A stretch of 64,000 bases of DNA from the IMG/VR virus record IMGVR_UViG_2630968332_000001, positions 32,001 through 96,000 of that record; one strand, given 5' to 3'. This document shows positions 48,738 through 58,800 of the stretch, one piece after another. Source of the stretch: a virus. Its lineage: Duplodnaviria > Caudoviricetes. Position numbers and translations under genes: made by a program. Numbering within the stretch: the stretch's first letter is position 1; each line of letters begins with the position of its first letter. The notes below the pieces were generated by a model. It searched no databases and had not been told where the DNA came from. It saw only the letters and a list, made by a program, of their open reading frames with translations.

Positions 48738-48749
48738 ATAATCAACCTC

Positions 48750-50078
48750 CTAGAAACCAATCCAAATAGAACCATATGGAATTTCAACATTAGTAGGCAA
48801 ACCATCTTGCAAGAATAATCTACGTCCTTGCCACTTAGGAGCTTCACCCATTTCCACATAGTTTGTATCTGTGTCATATCGCCAGATGAGACGGTTCTTG
48901 TACCAGTCCCATGCACCTAAACGACCATTGGCGTCTTCTTTGAAATAGAATCCCATATGACCGTTGCCAAATCTAATATCCTTTTCTGTACCGCCAGCAA
49001 ATTCAAGATTACCTGTTGTGTATACTCTATCGCTATACAAACCAAGCAATTCATTATTTCCATCTGGACTGATAGACATACCATCGCCATCAGACTTGGA
49101 GATATAACCCACATTACCTTTATTGCTCTTGGCACTCATGAATTGAATTGGTATAGCAGAACCTTGTACATTGCCTACAACAAATCTTAATGGTGCTGCA
49201 TTACTATATGTTTGAACACCAGACCAATCATTATTTTGGTCTTTACGAGCATATAGGTTAGCGTCAACTCCACCAACCTTATCAGCATTTAAACCATTCG
49301 TACCTGTTGTAACAACCTTTTGTCCATTAAGGTAAACATCACCTTTGGATTGAATATTTAACCCCATTTCGCCGTTACCAAACACAAGGTTATTACCGTT
49401 ACGACTAATTACACTAGGTGCTGTACCTGTAGAACTTCTAAATGCTAGGTTAGCCCCATTTTCAAATACTAATGTGCCTTTGAAACTATCACCTGTACCT
49501 GTTTTACGGATATATCTGTCATCATGGTTGTGTTTTTTATATTCATTTAAAGCACTATTAACGCTGTCCGTATTGTCGTTTACTGTGTCAATTTTGCTTT
49601 GCAATTCATTCACAGCATTAACCAAACTAGACTTGTTCCCTGTTTCTAAATCACGCAACTCACCTACTTGGCTATCCAAGTTATTAATAGCATTTTGTAA
49701 TTGAACCCCACCTAGAGTCCAACCACTTTGATTAGAGCCAGAAACAGTCATTTCTTTTGATACACCAGATGGCGATGTAACCTTATAGAAGATTACGTCT
49801 GGATTATCTTGGTTTCCAATAGCTTTTACTTCAAGAATTGAGTATTGATTGCTAGGAATTTCGCTAGGTAAACCACTCAACCCTTTAATCTTGTACACTC
49901 CAGAATGTTTAATGTTGGTAACACTGCCACTTGTAACAGTCTTGCCTTCAAATAAATACTCTTGTAATGTACCCAATTCATTTTTATTATTATCTAATAC
50001 TTTAGTTGTTACTGCGTCATTATCAAAATAGAAGACATCATCTCCCATTCTGTACCTTGTTCGCTTAATTAAGGTCAA
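48750..50078 (-). CDS. Tail fiber protein
   Basis: KSSLVNAVNEL, HNHDDRY, LNADKVGG fiber motifs. Confidence 0.75.
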   Translation of the reverse strand: MTLIKRTRYRMGDDVFYFDNDAVTTKVLDNNKNELGTLQEYLFEGKTVTSGSVTNIKHSGVYKIKGLSGLPSEIPSNQYSILEVKAIGNQDNPDVIFYKVTSPSGVSKEMTVSGSNQSGWTLGGVQLQNAINNLDSQVGELRDLETGNKSSLVNAVNELQSKIDTVNDNTDSVNSALNEYKKHNHDDRYIRKTGTGDSFKGTLVFENGANLAFRSSTGTAPSVISRNGNNLVFGNGEMGLNIQSKGDVYLNGQKVVTTGTNGLNADKVGGVDANLYARKDQNNDWSGVQTYSNAAPLRFVVGNVQGSAIPIQFMSAKSNKGNVGYISKSDGDGMSISPDGNNELLGLYSDRVYTTGNLEFAGGTEKDIRFGNGHMGFYFKEDANGRLGAWDWYKNRLIWRYDTDTNYVEMGEAPKWQGRRLFLQDGLPTNVEIPYGSIWIGF

Positions 50079-50097
50079 CTAACTTTTCACCTACTTA

Positions 50098-50496
50098 TTA
50101 ATTAATCACTAAATCATTATCTGTTAAATTGCCATTATCATCAGCAAATTTAGTAACTCCACTTACTAAATCACCTTTGCCCTCTTGATTATTACTGATA
50201 ACCATAGTCTGTTTACGAGTTGAACCAGATGAGCCTGTAACTACCCATTCCTGTCCATTGCCCATTGCGTCTTGTACATACACAATGTCATCTTTGCTAA
50301 TCCAATTATGCAAGTGTTCGGGAAGTGTGCATGTCCTTTCTACTTTATTTATCTCTACGATACATTTGTAGCCTTCTGGGTCTTGTACAACTACACCTAC
50401 ATAAGTTTGTGGAATGTTTAGTCGGCTAACCTTAGAGTCAACTACTACATCTACTGTATCAATAATTCCTTTTTGTAAATCATTCAAGAGTTTCAC
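50098..50496 (-). CDS. Baseplate/tail spike-like protein
   Basis: OB-fold-like pattern; tail module position. Confidence 0.5.
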   Translation of the reverse strand: MKLLNDLQKGIIDTVDVVVDSKVSRLNIPQTYVGVVVQDPEGYKCIVEINKVERTCTLPEHLHNWISKDDIVYVQDAMGNGQEWVVTGSSGSTRKQTMVISNNQEGKGDLVSGVTKFADDNGNLTDNDLVIN

Positions 50497-50503
50497 CTAC
50501 TTT

Positions 50504-51205
50504 TTAGTTATAGACTTCTAAATAGCTAATAGCTGGATGTAGGTTTTGTGGCTTACTATTCCCGACAATAATAGATTGTGGGTATGGAAACCAATTTGCT
50601 GAATTGATATTAGGTTCTTTGCCTGTGCTATCATTCTTCGCTACAAACACAATACCATCTTTGCATACTGCGTCACCTAAATGGTATGTTGTACTACCAT
50701 TCCAATCGCCTTTGAATGTAGCATTTAAACCTACATCACCCTTATCGCCTTTAAAAGCTACTTGACGATAAGTATCTGGGGTTAAATCTGGAGTATGGTT
50801 ATTATCAGCAACCACATCTTTTAGCACCAAGAATAGATGCCCACGATAGTTAACTAGGTTTTGAAAACTATATTTAGTTTGGTTAGTCCAATTACCAACA
50901 AATCTAAATGAGTCAACATAGTGTCGCCATTCTTCTTGCTTTTGTAAGATGTAACCCCTTACATTTTTATCGAAAAATGTTTCTAAAGCAGTCATACAAT
51001 CTGTAATTCTATTCCATTGTTCTGGAGTAATCATATAGTCTTGCAATTTTGCTGTTAGAGCTTTAATTTCGTTTTGTTCATTTGTATCTAAACTTGCCTT
51101 ACCCTTTAATTCGGTTAATCTGTTAGCGTCATTAACCTTATCACTAGGTAGGTCAAATAACTCTGGGAATGTATCTATCCCATTAGGAAACACACTTCTA
51201 CTCAC
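50504..51205 (-). CDS. Baseplate protein with carbohydrate-binding-like repeats
   Basis: FPNGIDTF, W..TTY..GDAV, KGDKGD. Confidence 0.6.
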   Translation of the reverse strand: MSRSVFPNGIDTFPELFDLPSDKVNDANRLTELKGKASLDTNEQNEIKALTAKLQDYMITPEQWNRITDCMTALETFFDKNVRGYILQKQEEWRHYVDSFRFVGNWTNQTKYSFQNLVNYRGHLFLVLKDVVADNNHTPDLTPDTYRQVAFKGDKGDVGLNATFKGDWNGSTTYHLGDAVCKDGIVFVAKNDSTGKEPNINSANWFPYPQSIIVGNSKPQNLHPAISYLEVYN

Positions 51206-51344
51206 GAAGCCTTAATCCCACCTTATCATAAATTTAACTTAATTATTATAACATATTGCTTACTAAAAGTCAATAGATATTAGTAAACTTTTTTAATATT
51301 ATTTAATATTTTCAGAATCCATTTTGCAACTTTTTTAATATTAT

Positions 51345-53507
51345 TTAATATTCATATTCAATTTTGAAACCAATACTATCAGTCTTAGCTTCACCTTCGT
51401 TAAACACATCATCAGCATCTAATGCTTTGTCATAAAGGTTATTAAAGTGAATACCACCTACTGAAACAGTATCATGGTCTTGACTATCTTGTAACCAGTT
51501 CCAAATATCATTCCAGTTGTTTAAGGTATTAATAATGATTTGTATAGCTCTATCATTATTTCTATCTTCTTGGTTCTTAGGCACTTCTAAATATCCACCT
51601 AATTCTAATATCTTAACAGGGAATATAGACCATAAGTTGCCTTCGCCATGCAAGCCTTCAAACATCTTCTTGATACCATCTTTACCAACTAACTTCCAAA
51701 TTGTCGCAGCTAATAAGAATGCACTGGTATAATCTTCTGAAACAGCGATGGTTTGCGAACCATTCTTTTGTCCCCATGCACCTTTTAATTGTAATTCAGC
51801 TCTATCTACTAAAGCCTTTTTCTTTTGTGCAAAGCTATCGTAATCTAATGATTGGTAACGTTCACGTCCGCCATGAATAAATTCAGCAAATCCTTCTTTA
51901 AACCATTGTGGCATATCCGCAGCCTTATCAAAACCATAGTAGTCATTGCATACCCCATGAAACATTTCATGAGCCAGAACTCTATCTAAATAGTCACCAC
52001 GAGAACGATTAGGAACTTCACCGTTTTGACTATTCTTAATAATGTTTCTGAAATCTCGTATATCAATACCAAGAGTTTGTACTTTAGTTGTTGGATAGCC
52101 TTGAACATAAGCCTGTTCGCCACCTTCTTCTTCTGAGAAGAAACGAACACGAATAATGTTTTTACCAGAACCACTGATACCATAACAATCTTTAATACGT
52201 TGTTCGCCAAGTGATAACCAACCCAACTTATCAATACCGTTTTTGATTGTCTTAACAAATGGTGACTCAACATCTCCATAAGATGTACGTACATAGTGTA
52301 ATTTGTGTGTATTGATAGTCATAATACCATCTACACCGAAATCAATACCTATCTTATCAATAATGTATCTGTTCTTTTCTTTGGTTACTGGATTAACAAT
52401 AGTGATAATATCCTTGCCATCTAACACATAGATAGGAACTGTTGTTATATCACATGTTTCTTGTAAATGAGCTGTTTGCCATAAATGATACTTAGCTTCT
52501 GATACGCATTGAATATCATCACTTAAATCATTGTTTTGCACAACTTTAGTTCTCATACCAATAGCGTCAATATTGTAAGGAACACTAGGGTCGGTCAAGC
52601 CTACTTCTGCATAAGGAGTATATCTTGTCTTGGATGATGTACCACCAAATACAACAATATGATTATATAAGCCTTTAAAGTTATAATCTTCTGAAAATGA
52701 AACCATTAAATCAGACCTATCTGCTCCTGTTGGGTCAAAGTCCCATTTAGCTGGTGTAACTTCATCTTCCTTTTGTACATCAATCTTAGTAAATTCAAAC
52801 TCGCCACGCACATTAAAACCACAAGTATAATCCATGTACATATCACGTAAATCTGTAATTATATCAAGTTTATTCGTTCCAATTTCCTTAATATAATCGT
52901 ATTGAACCACTTCTTGTTCTGAGCTTTCGTGCATTTTGCCAAAGACTGTTTCACCCATTTCTTCCATAACAGAACGGATAGCACTATCAATCTTTTGTCC
53001 TCTAGGTATCTTTACTCGATATGCTGTTGTAGCATTTTCATACAATGACATCTTATCTTCTAAAGTAAAGGTAATCGTACTATTTGTGGTATTGATACTC
53101 AGGTTTTCATTTGTAATGACAAACGTTCCTAATAAGAAGTTGATAGGTTCTTTATTATAAGACCCCATATCAATAATGCTTTGATACAACTTAAACTGCT
53201 TATCAAACCATGCTATACCTCCAGATTTAGGTAGATAGTCTTTATCAACCGCTAAAGTAAGTGAACCTGTACGTCTAGTAAGCGATGTTGCGTCTATTGA
53301 GATATTACCAGATATAGCTTTACCTTCGATTGTTTGATATACAGACCCATCACGATTAATAACCTGTATAACTGTATCAATATTTCTGATTGGCTGTCTT
53401 AGAACTTCACCAATTCTACTGTCTGGTTTTACACTTAAATCACTAATGATATTAGGTAGAACGTGATTGTTACTACCTTTCATTAATTCGCCATCTGTAA
53501 AATCCAA
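51345..53507 (-). CDS. Tail hub protein fused to HExxH metallopeptidase
   Basis: N-terminal tail-hub region (RRTGSL, LGTFVI, NHIVVFG); AHEMFH..WFKEGFAEFIHG. Confidence 0.75.
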   Translation of the reverse strand: MDFTDGELMKGSNNHVLPNIISDLSVKPDSRIGEVLRQPIRNIDTVIQVINRDGSVYQTIEGKAISGNISIDATSLTRRTGSLTLAVDKDYLPKSGGIAWFDKQFKLYQSIIDMGSYNKEPINFLLGTFVITNENLSINTTNSTITFTLEDKMSLYENATTAYRVKIPRGQKIDSAIRSVMEEMGETVFGKMHESSEQEVVQYDYIKEIGTNKLDIITDLRDMYMDYTCGFNVRGEFEFTKIDVQKEDEVTPAKWDFDPTGADRSDLMVSFSEDYNFKGLYNHIVVFGGTSSKTRYTPYAEVGLTDPSVPYNIDAIGMRTKVVQNNDLSDDIQCVSEAKYHLWQTAHLQETCDITTVPIYVLDGKDIITIVNPVTKEKNRYIIDKIGIDFGVDGIMTINTHKLHYVRTSYGDVESPFVKTIKNGIDKLGWLSLGEQRIKDCYGISGSGKNIIRVRFFSEEEGGEQAYVQGYPTTKVQTLGIDIRDFRNIIKNSQNGEVPNRSRGDYLDRVLAHEMFHGVCNDYYGFDKAADMPQWFKEGFAEFIHGGRERYQSLDYDSFAQKKKALVDRAELQLKGAWGQKNGSQTIAVSEDYTSAFLLAATIWKLVGKDGIKKMFEGLHGEGNLWSIFPVKILELGGYLEVPKNQEDRNNDRAIQIIINTLNNWNDIWNWLQDSQDHDTVSVGGIHFNNLYDKALDADDVFNEGEAKTDSIGFKIEYEY

Positions 53508-53521
53508 TATCTCACCTCACC

Positions 53522-54541
53522 TTAAATATCATTTAAAACCTTTTGAGCATTTCTACTCTTATTCACATCTTTAATCAAGTTTGTATCGTCAAAGATGATT
53601 TCGCCATGTTCGTCATAAGTAAAGTTAGATAAACCAGCTGTTGCGATTAAACCAGATTTTTCCATTGTGTTGTAATCTAATTTACCTACTTCTGTGAATG
53701 AGAATGTAACATTAGATAATTCATCAAAGCTATCTGATAATGGTTGTAAGTTAATATCATTTGTAGCAACTGCCATAATATCACCATCATCACGTCTAAT
53801 AACCTTAATCTTACCATTGTTTAAGAACTCAATAATTTGATTTCTATTTCTCAATTCTTCTTTTGTATCTAGGCTATTTCTCAAACCTAATTCTTGTTGT
53901 TTTGTTAATGGGAGGAATGTTGCTGTACCAGAACGGTAATTTTGAGCCCCTTGTGTTACGATAGGAAATTGTCCCGAAAGAGTTGTTTGAATGCTTGTGT
54001 TCTTATTATATCTTAAATCGCCAAATCTAAAGTTCAAATTCATAGCATAATTGTGTTGCAAATCTGATATGAAGTTCCCTTTAAACACTGCTGCGATTGG
54101 TTCTGACATAACCTTATCCCCTTGAATATCCTTAGATAAAGGAACAATAGCATATTGATATGTCTTACCATTTTGAATAAACCTATCTGTGATTGTATAA
54201 GTATTGTAATCTTGGTCGTAATCCCATTGAGCAATAAGTGTCCAATCACTATCAACTGCTTTGTATTCACGTCTATAGCATTGGAGCTTAACTACTTTAT
54301 GCCCGCCACCATCAATCGAACCAGCTTCCAAGCTACCATTAAACTTTGCGTCCATGATAGTTTTGAGTTGCCATCCAGTTGGCTTTTCATTTGTGGAATT
54401 AATGCTGGTATCAACGGACACAAACACTTCGTCATACATTCCTTCTCCGAGCCATACTTCATCAAGTTCGTCTGTTGGGATTGCTGTGTCATATACTACT
54501 CCCTCCATTCCTCTACCAAAAAACGTATGTCCTACTATCAT
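53522..54541 (-). CDS. Tail protein (distal-tail-like)
   Basis: FN3-like YQYAIVP, QNYRSG, FSFTEVG. Confidence 0.6.
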   Translation of the reverse strand: MIVGHTFFGRGMEGVVYDTAIPTDELDEVWLGEGMYDEVFVSVDTSINSTNEKPTGWQLKTIMDAKFNGSLEAGSIDGGGHKVVKLQCYRREYKAVDSDWTLIAQWDYDQDYNTYTITDRFIQNGKTYQYAIVPLSKDIQGDKVMSEPIAAVFKGNFISDLQHNYAMNLNFRFGDLRYNKNTSIQTTLSGQFPIVTQGAQNYRSGTATFLPLTKQQELGLRNSLDTKEELRNRNQIIEFLNNGKIKVIRRDDGDIMAVATNDINLQPLSDSFDELSNVTFSFTEVGKLDYNTMEKSGLIATAGLSNFTYDEHGEIIFDDTNLIKDVNKSRNAQKVLNDI

Positions 54542-54544
54542 TTT

Positions 54545-55696
54545 CTAACCTCCATAACCTATCTTTTCGATTATCATCTGCACCCTATATTCTGTTACTT
54601 TGATATAGAGATAGAATGGTTGTTGCCCTAGACCTTGAACAATGTTAGACCTAGCACGAGATTTAACTCTACCAAATGACTTTTCCATAGTAATATAATC
54701 ATCATGCTTAACAAAATTGATTTGCACCCCAGTCCCAGTCGGGTTCTTTTTATCTGTCTTAGTAGAGAATTGAAGGAATAAGCCATTATCTACTCCAGCA
54801 CACCATAATTTAGCTGTAAAATCACTTGCCTTAGCCATGCCCAAACGAGTAAACATTAATGGATTATCCTTTGGAATTATGACGTAATGAGCGTCTGTTT
54901 GACCGCTTGGACTCCAATAATCATAGTGATAATCACTATCAGTAGCACGATTAGGAATGTAAGGTTTAGCTGGTGTACCTAAGATTTGTTTCAAGAACGC
55001 ATGAATTTGTATTTGTCCTTCATCTTCATTCAATTCTGGTTGCACAACTGAATTAAGTGTAGGGATAACATATTGTGGAACAAATTCCTTGCCTTGACTT
55101 TCCCAGACCATACCATGCTTTGTAGTTACTCTAACTATTGCATAATACAATCTACCTTTTTGTAAGCCTTTAATGTGTTCTGAAAATCTGAATGGGTCAT
55201 CTGCTGCTGGAATACGTACTGGGTATTCTTGAATGTTGACATGGTTATAGTCTTGTAAAATAAATTGGTATGTTTCTACTTTTTCTGATTGTTCTTGTGC
55301 ATATAATACACTTAACATCATTTCATTTGTATAGACATACTTGCTATTACCAATTTGTTCAAAATAGAAGTTTGGTTTAGTCAAACACATAAATTCTATT
55401 TCAGCAGACCATTCAGTCCATGCCCCATTGTCTAATTGAACACGAACCTTAGCTAAATAACTCAGTCCATTCTTCAAAGCATTTCTAGGAACAATATGAA
55501 CTTTGTCAAAACTTGTTCTAGTTTCTGTATAGACTGGCGATGAGTTAGGTTCATCTGGACGGATAGATACTTGATTAACTGTCGAACGTTCTGTCCCTAG
55601 ATACATATAAGTTAATGTATGTTCTTCGGTAGCATCAAAGTTCGACACCATATTTAAAATTGGTTGTGTCAAATTTAATATCATTCCTTTCTTCAA
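54545..55696 (-). CDS. Tail protein with FN3-like domains
   Basis: LKNGLSY..VRV..WTEWS; follows tape measure. Confidence 0.6.
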   Translation of the reverse strand: MKKGMILNLTQPILNMVSNFDATEEHTLTYMYLGTERSTVNQVSIRPDEPNSSPVYTETRTSFDKVHIVPRNALKNGLSYLAKVRVQLDNGAWTEWSAEIEFMCLTKPNFYFEQIGNSKYVYTNEMMLSVLYAQEQSEKVETYQFILQDYNHVNIQEYPVRIPAADDPFRFSEHIKGLQKGRLYYAIVRVTTKHGMVWESQGKEFVPQYVIPTLNSVVQPELNEDEGQIQIHAFLKQILGTPAKPYIPNRATDSDYHYDYWSPSGQTDAHYVIIPKDNPLMFTRLGMAKASDFTAKLWCAGVDNGLFLQFSTKTDKKNPTGTGVQINFVKHDDYITMEKSFGRVKSRARSNIVQGLGQQPFYLYIKVTEYRVQMIIEKIGYGG

Positions 55697-55826
55697 AATT
55701 TTGATTTTTATAAAATCCGTATTTTATATTGCAAAAATATCAAATTACTTATTTGCAATTATCAAAATACTTATTATATGTACTCCCATATCCCCACCTT
55801 TTACAGTAGAGATATGAGCCAACTGA

Positions 55827-58800
55827 TTATAATGATTTAGATTGGACTTGTTGCTTAGCAATCTGTGGTAAGTTCTTAATAGCTTCTTCAAATCCCGTTG
55901 GGTCTGTTACATTAGGGAACTCTAATGTTTGATGTTGAATAACCATAGACAATGTTTGTGTTGGTGCATTAGGTATTCTAGGTGAAAGGTTAGGGTCTAG
56001 TTTAAGAGCGTCCCTTAATTGTTGACCGAACATTTCACTAATTTCCTTACCAACCACTTTGAATTGGTCTGTGAACCCTTGTAGGATTTCTTGGTAACCT
56101 GTTAAGCTACCAACAGCCTTAGAGTCACCATACTTGCCTAAAATGTCCTTATTTCTATTCACATAATCAGTATATTGTTGGATAATGTTTTCAAGCTGTC
56201 CAGCGTTGTATTCTGGAATATCATCTAAAATACCAACACCATAAGCGTCTTGTAATTGTTGTAGTCGTGTCTTAACTTCATCAATGTTTAATTCGCCTGT
56301 CTTAGCACCGTCAATTACTTTTTCAACAGCGTCAACAAATTGTGACTTCATCTGTTTTTTGTAATCTTCCATATCTACTTTAGCTTGTGTTAAGTTTTCT
56401 CGTGCAGTATCAACATCATCTTGGTTAGCCATGTAAGTCCAATTAAACTTACCGTCTTCCCCTTGTGTTAATACCTTAGTATCACGTTTACCTAACGTAT
56501 TATCCAAAGCCTGTTGTGCATTTAACACATCTATTTGTTTATCTACGTAATCAGCTTGTATCTTAGACATTCTTGATTGAGCGTCCAAAGCCTCAATACG
56601 TTTCTTCACAACTTCATTTTCTAGTTCAATAGACTTTTGTCTTAATTGTTCTAGTTTAAGTTGCTTAGATACACCATCAATCCAGATGTCATCTTCAAAT
56701 TTAGTTCTATCAGCGGTACGTCCACCATTGATAGATTTTTCAAATTCCTTAGATGTAGCCTCCATTGTGTTTTCAAATTGTGAACGTGAAGCCTCTAGTA
56801 AATCAGCGATAGATTGATTTACTCTTGAGTCCATTTCATCAATTTGTTTTTGCAATGTATTCCATTCAAATGAGTTTACACCATATCCAGATTGTTGTTC
56901 TCTTAGCTTGTTAGCTAATGCAATATAGGTGTTGTATTGCTTTTCAATAGACTTGTATTGTTGCTCTAACAACTTAGCTTGTGTTGCTGGTTGCATTTGT
57001 AAGGTCTTAGCCAATGTTACTAAGTTACTTACTGTATCTGTAACCTTTTGATATTTATCTAATTGGTCTTGAATAAGTGTATTTTCATACTCAAATCTTT
57101 CCTTGATAATATCTTTAATATTGTTTTGAGCGTCAATATTATCTTTTTCATATTGTGCAATACTTTCTTTTAATGTTTGACGTTGTTCTGTTGTTAAATC
57201 TTCTGTCTTGAGTTTCTTTTGCATATCATCAATAGCTTGTAAATTACTATTAATAATTTGTTGATATAACTCACGTTGCATATCCATTTGTTGAACAGCA
57301 AACTTCTGATTAATTCTTGAACGTTGCTCATCATTTGCAGCAGCTTTAAGTTGTTTATTGTACTCTTCACGCAACTTCACTAACTCATCTTGGTATTTAA
57401 CCATTGCTTTGGTATATTCAACACTACGTTGACCTCCACCAATAGTAATATCATTTAAGTTAGCTTGACCCGTTGGTGTTGCGTAAGTAGCAAACTTAGT
57501 ATTGATTTCACCCACATACCCTTTAGCATAATCTTTTGCAAGGTTAAGCATTTGAGCATATTTGTTTTGTTCAACTCTTAATTGAGCCGCAGCAACATTA
57601 TTTTGTCTATCAACATTCTTTTTAGCAAAAGCGTCCATAGCACTATCTAATTGCTTTTCCAAATCAATACGTTGTTGCATTTGTCTTGATAAAGCAGATT
57701 GTTGCTCAAAATCAGTAACAGCTAGATTAGAACTCAATAAGTCATCAAACGTTGTACCACTTAACAATCCATCTTGTAATTGTTGTACATTAGACTTCAA
57801 ACGGTCAATATTGTTATTAATCGTATCAGTGAATGATGTTAGGTTTTCTGTGTATTGGTCGATTTCTGCTTGTTTCATATTGTTTTGTAATTCCAATACG
57901 CTATCAGCAGTATCTAAAATGGTTTGTCTTAAATCGTTTAAGCTATCTTCAATCTTTTCTGCCTGTTCCTTCTTTGAGAATGTCATAGCAGATAGTTCGT
58001 TGAATTGACCTATCAATTTTTCTAAACCAGCTGATTGTTCATTGATTTCCTTTGCACTGAAACCTAACTTCATAGCGTAATCTTTTTCACTCAAGGAGTC
58101 GATTACCCTATCTGCCAAATTCTTGGAGTATTCAACTGAACGTTGTACCATTTCCAATTCACGTTGAGCCTTTTCAATAGCTTGTGACTCAATTTCTTCT
58201 TGGTAATCTTGGATATTCTTGTTTTGTTGCCAAATATCTGTATTCAATTCATCTATCTTCTTAGTTACATCAGATAAGTTTTGATATACATTTTGGTAGG
58301 TACTCAATAACTCATCAACCTTGCTTGCCTTATCGCCCTTAAAGTTCTTGGCGATGTCCAAGTTAGTAATTTGATTACCATTCGTACGGAAACCATATCC
58401 ACGTAATTTACCCATAACATCATTTAATTGGTTTTGATATGCACCACGCATTTCGTTTTGATATGCTAATTGTTTTCTATCTACATCAATCTTTTGACGT
58501 GCGATATTAATCAATTTATTCATATCTTCGTCAGCTTGCGTTACAGCATTTTCCAATTTAGACGCTTGTTCATCTAATGGTAAACCTTTGTAGAGTTCCT
58601 TACCCATGTATCTCCAGTAATCTTCATTTACCTTTGTATCATCGGAAGCGTCAGAATAATCTCTAATTCCCATATTAGCAGCAGTACCATTCATAGCACT
58701 TACCACATCTGGATTATCGGTTGCCACAGACATAGAACGGAATGGATTTGGATTTACAGCGTAGCTTGCGTCAACATTACCCAATATACCAAGCGAGCTA

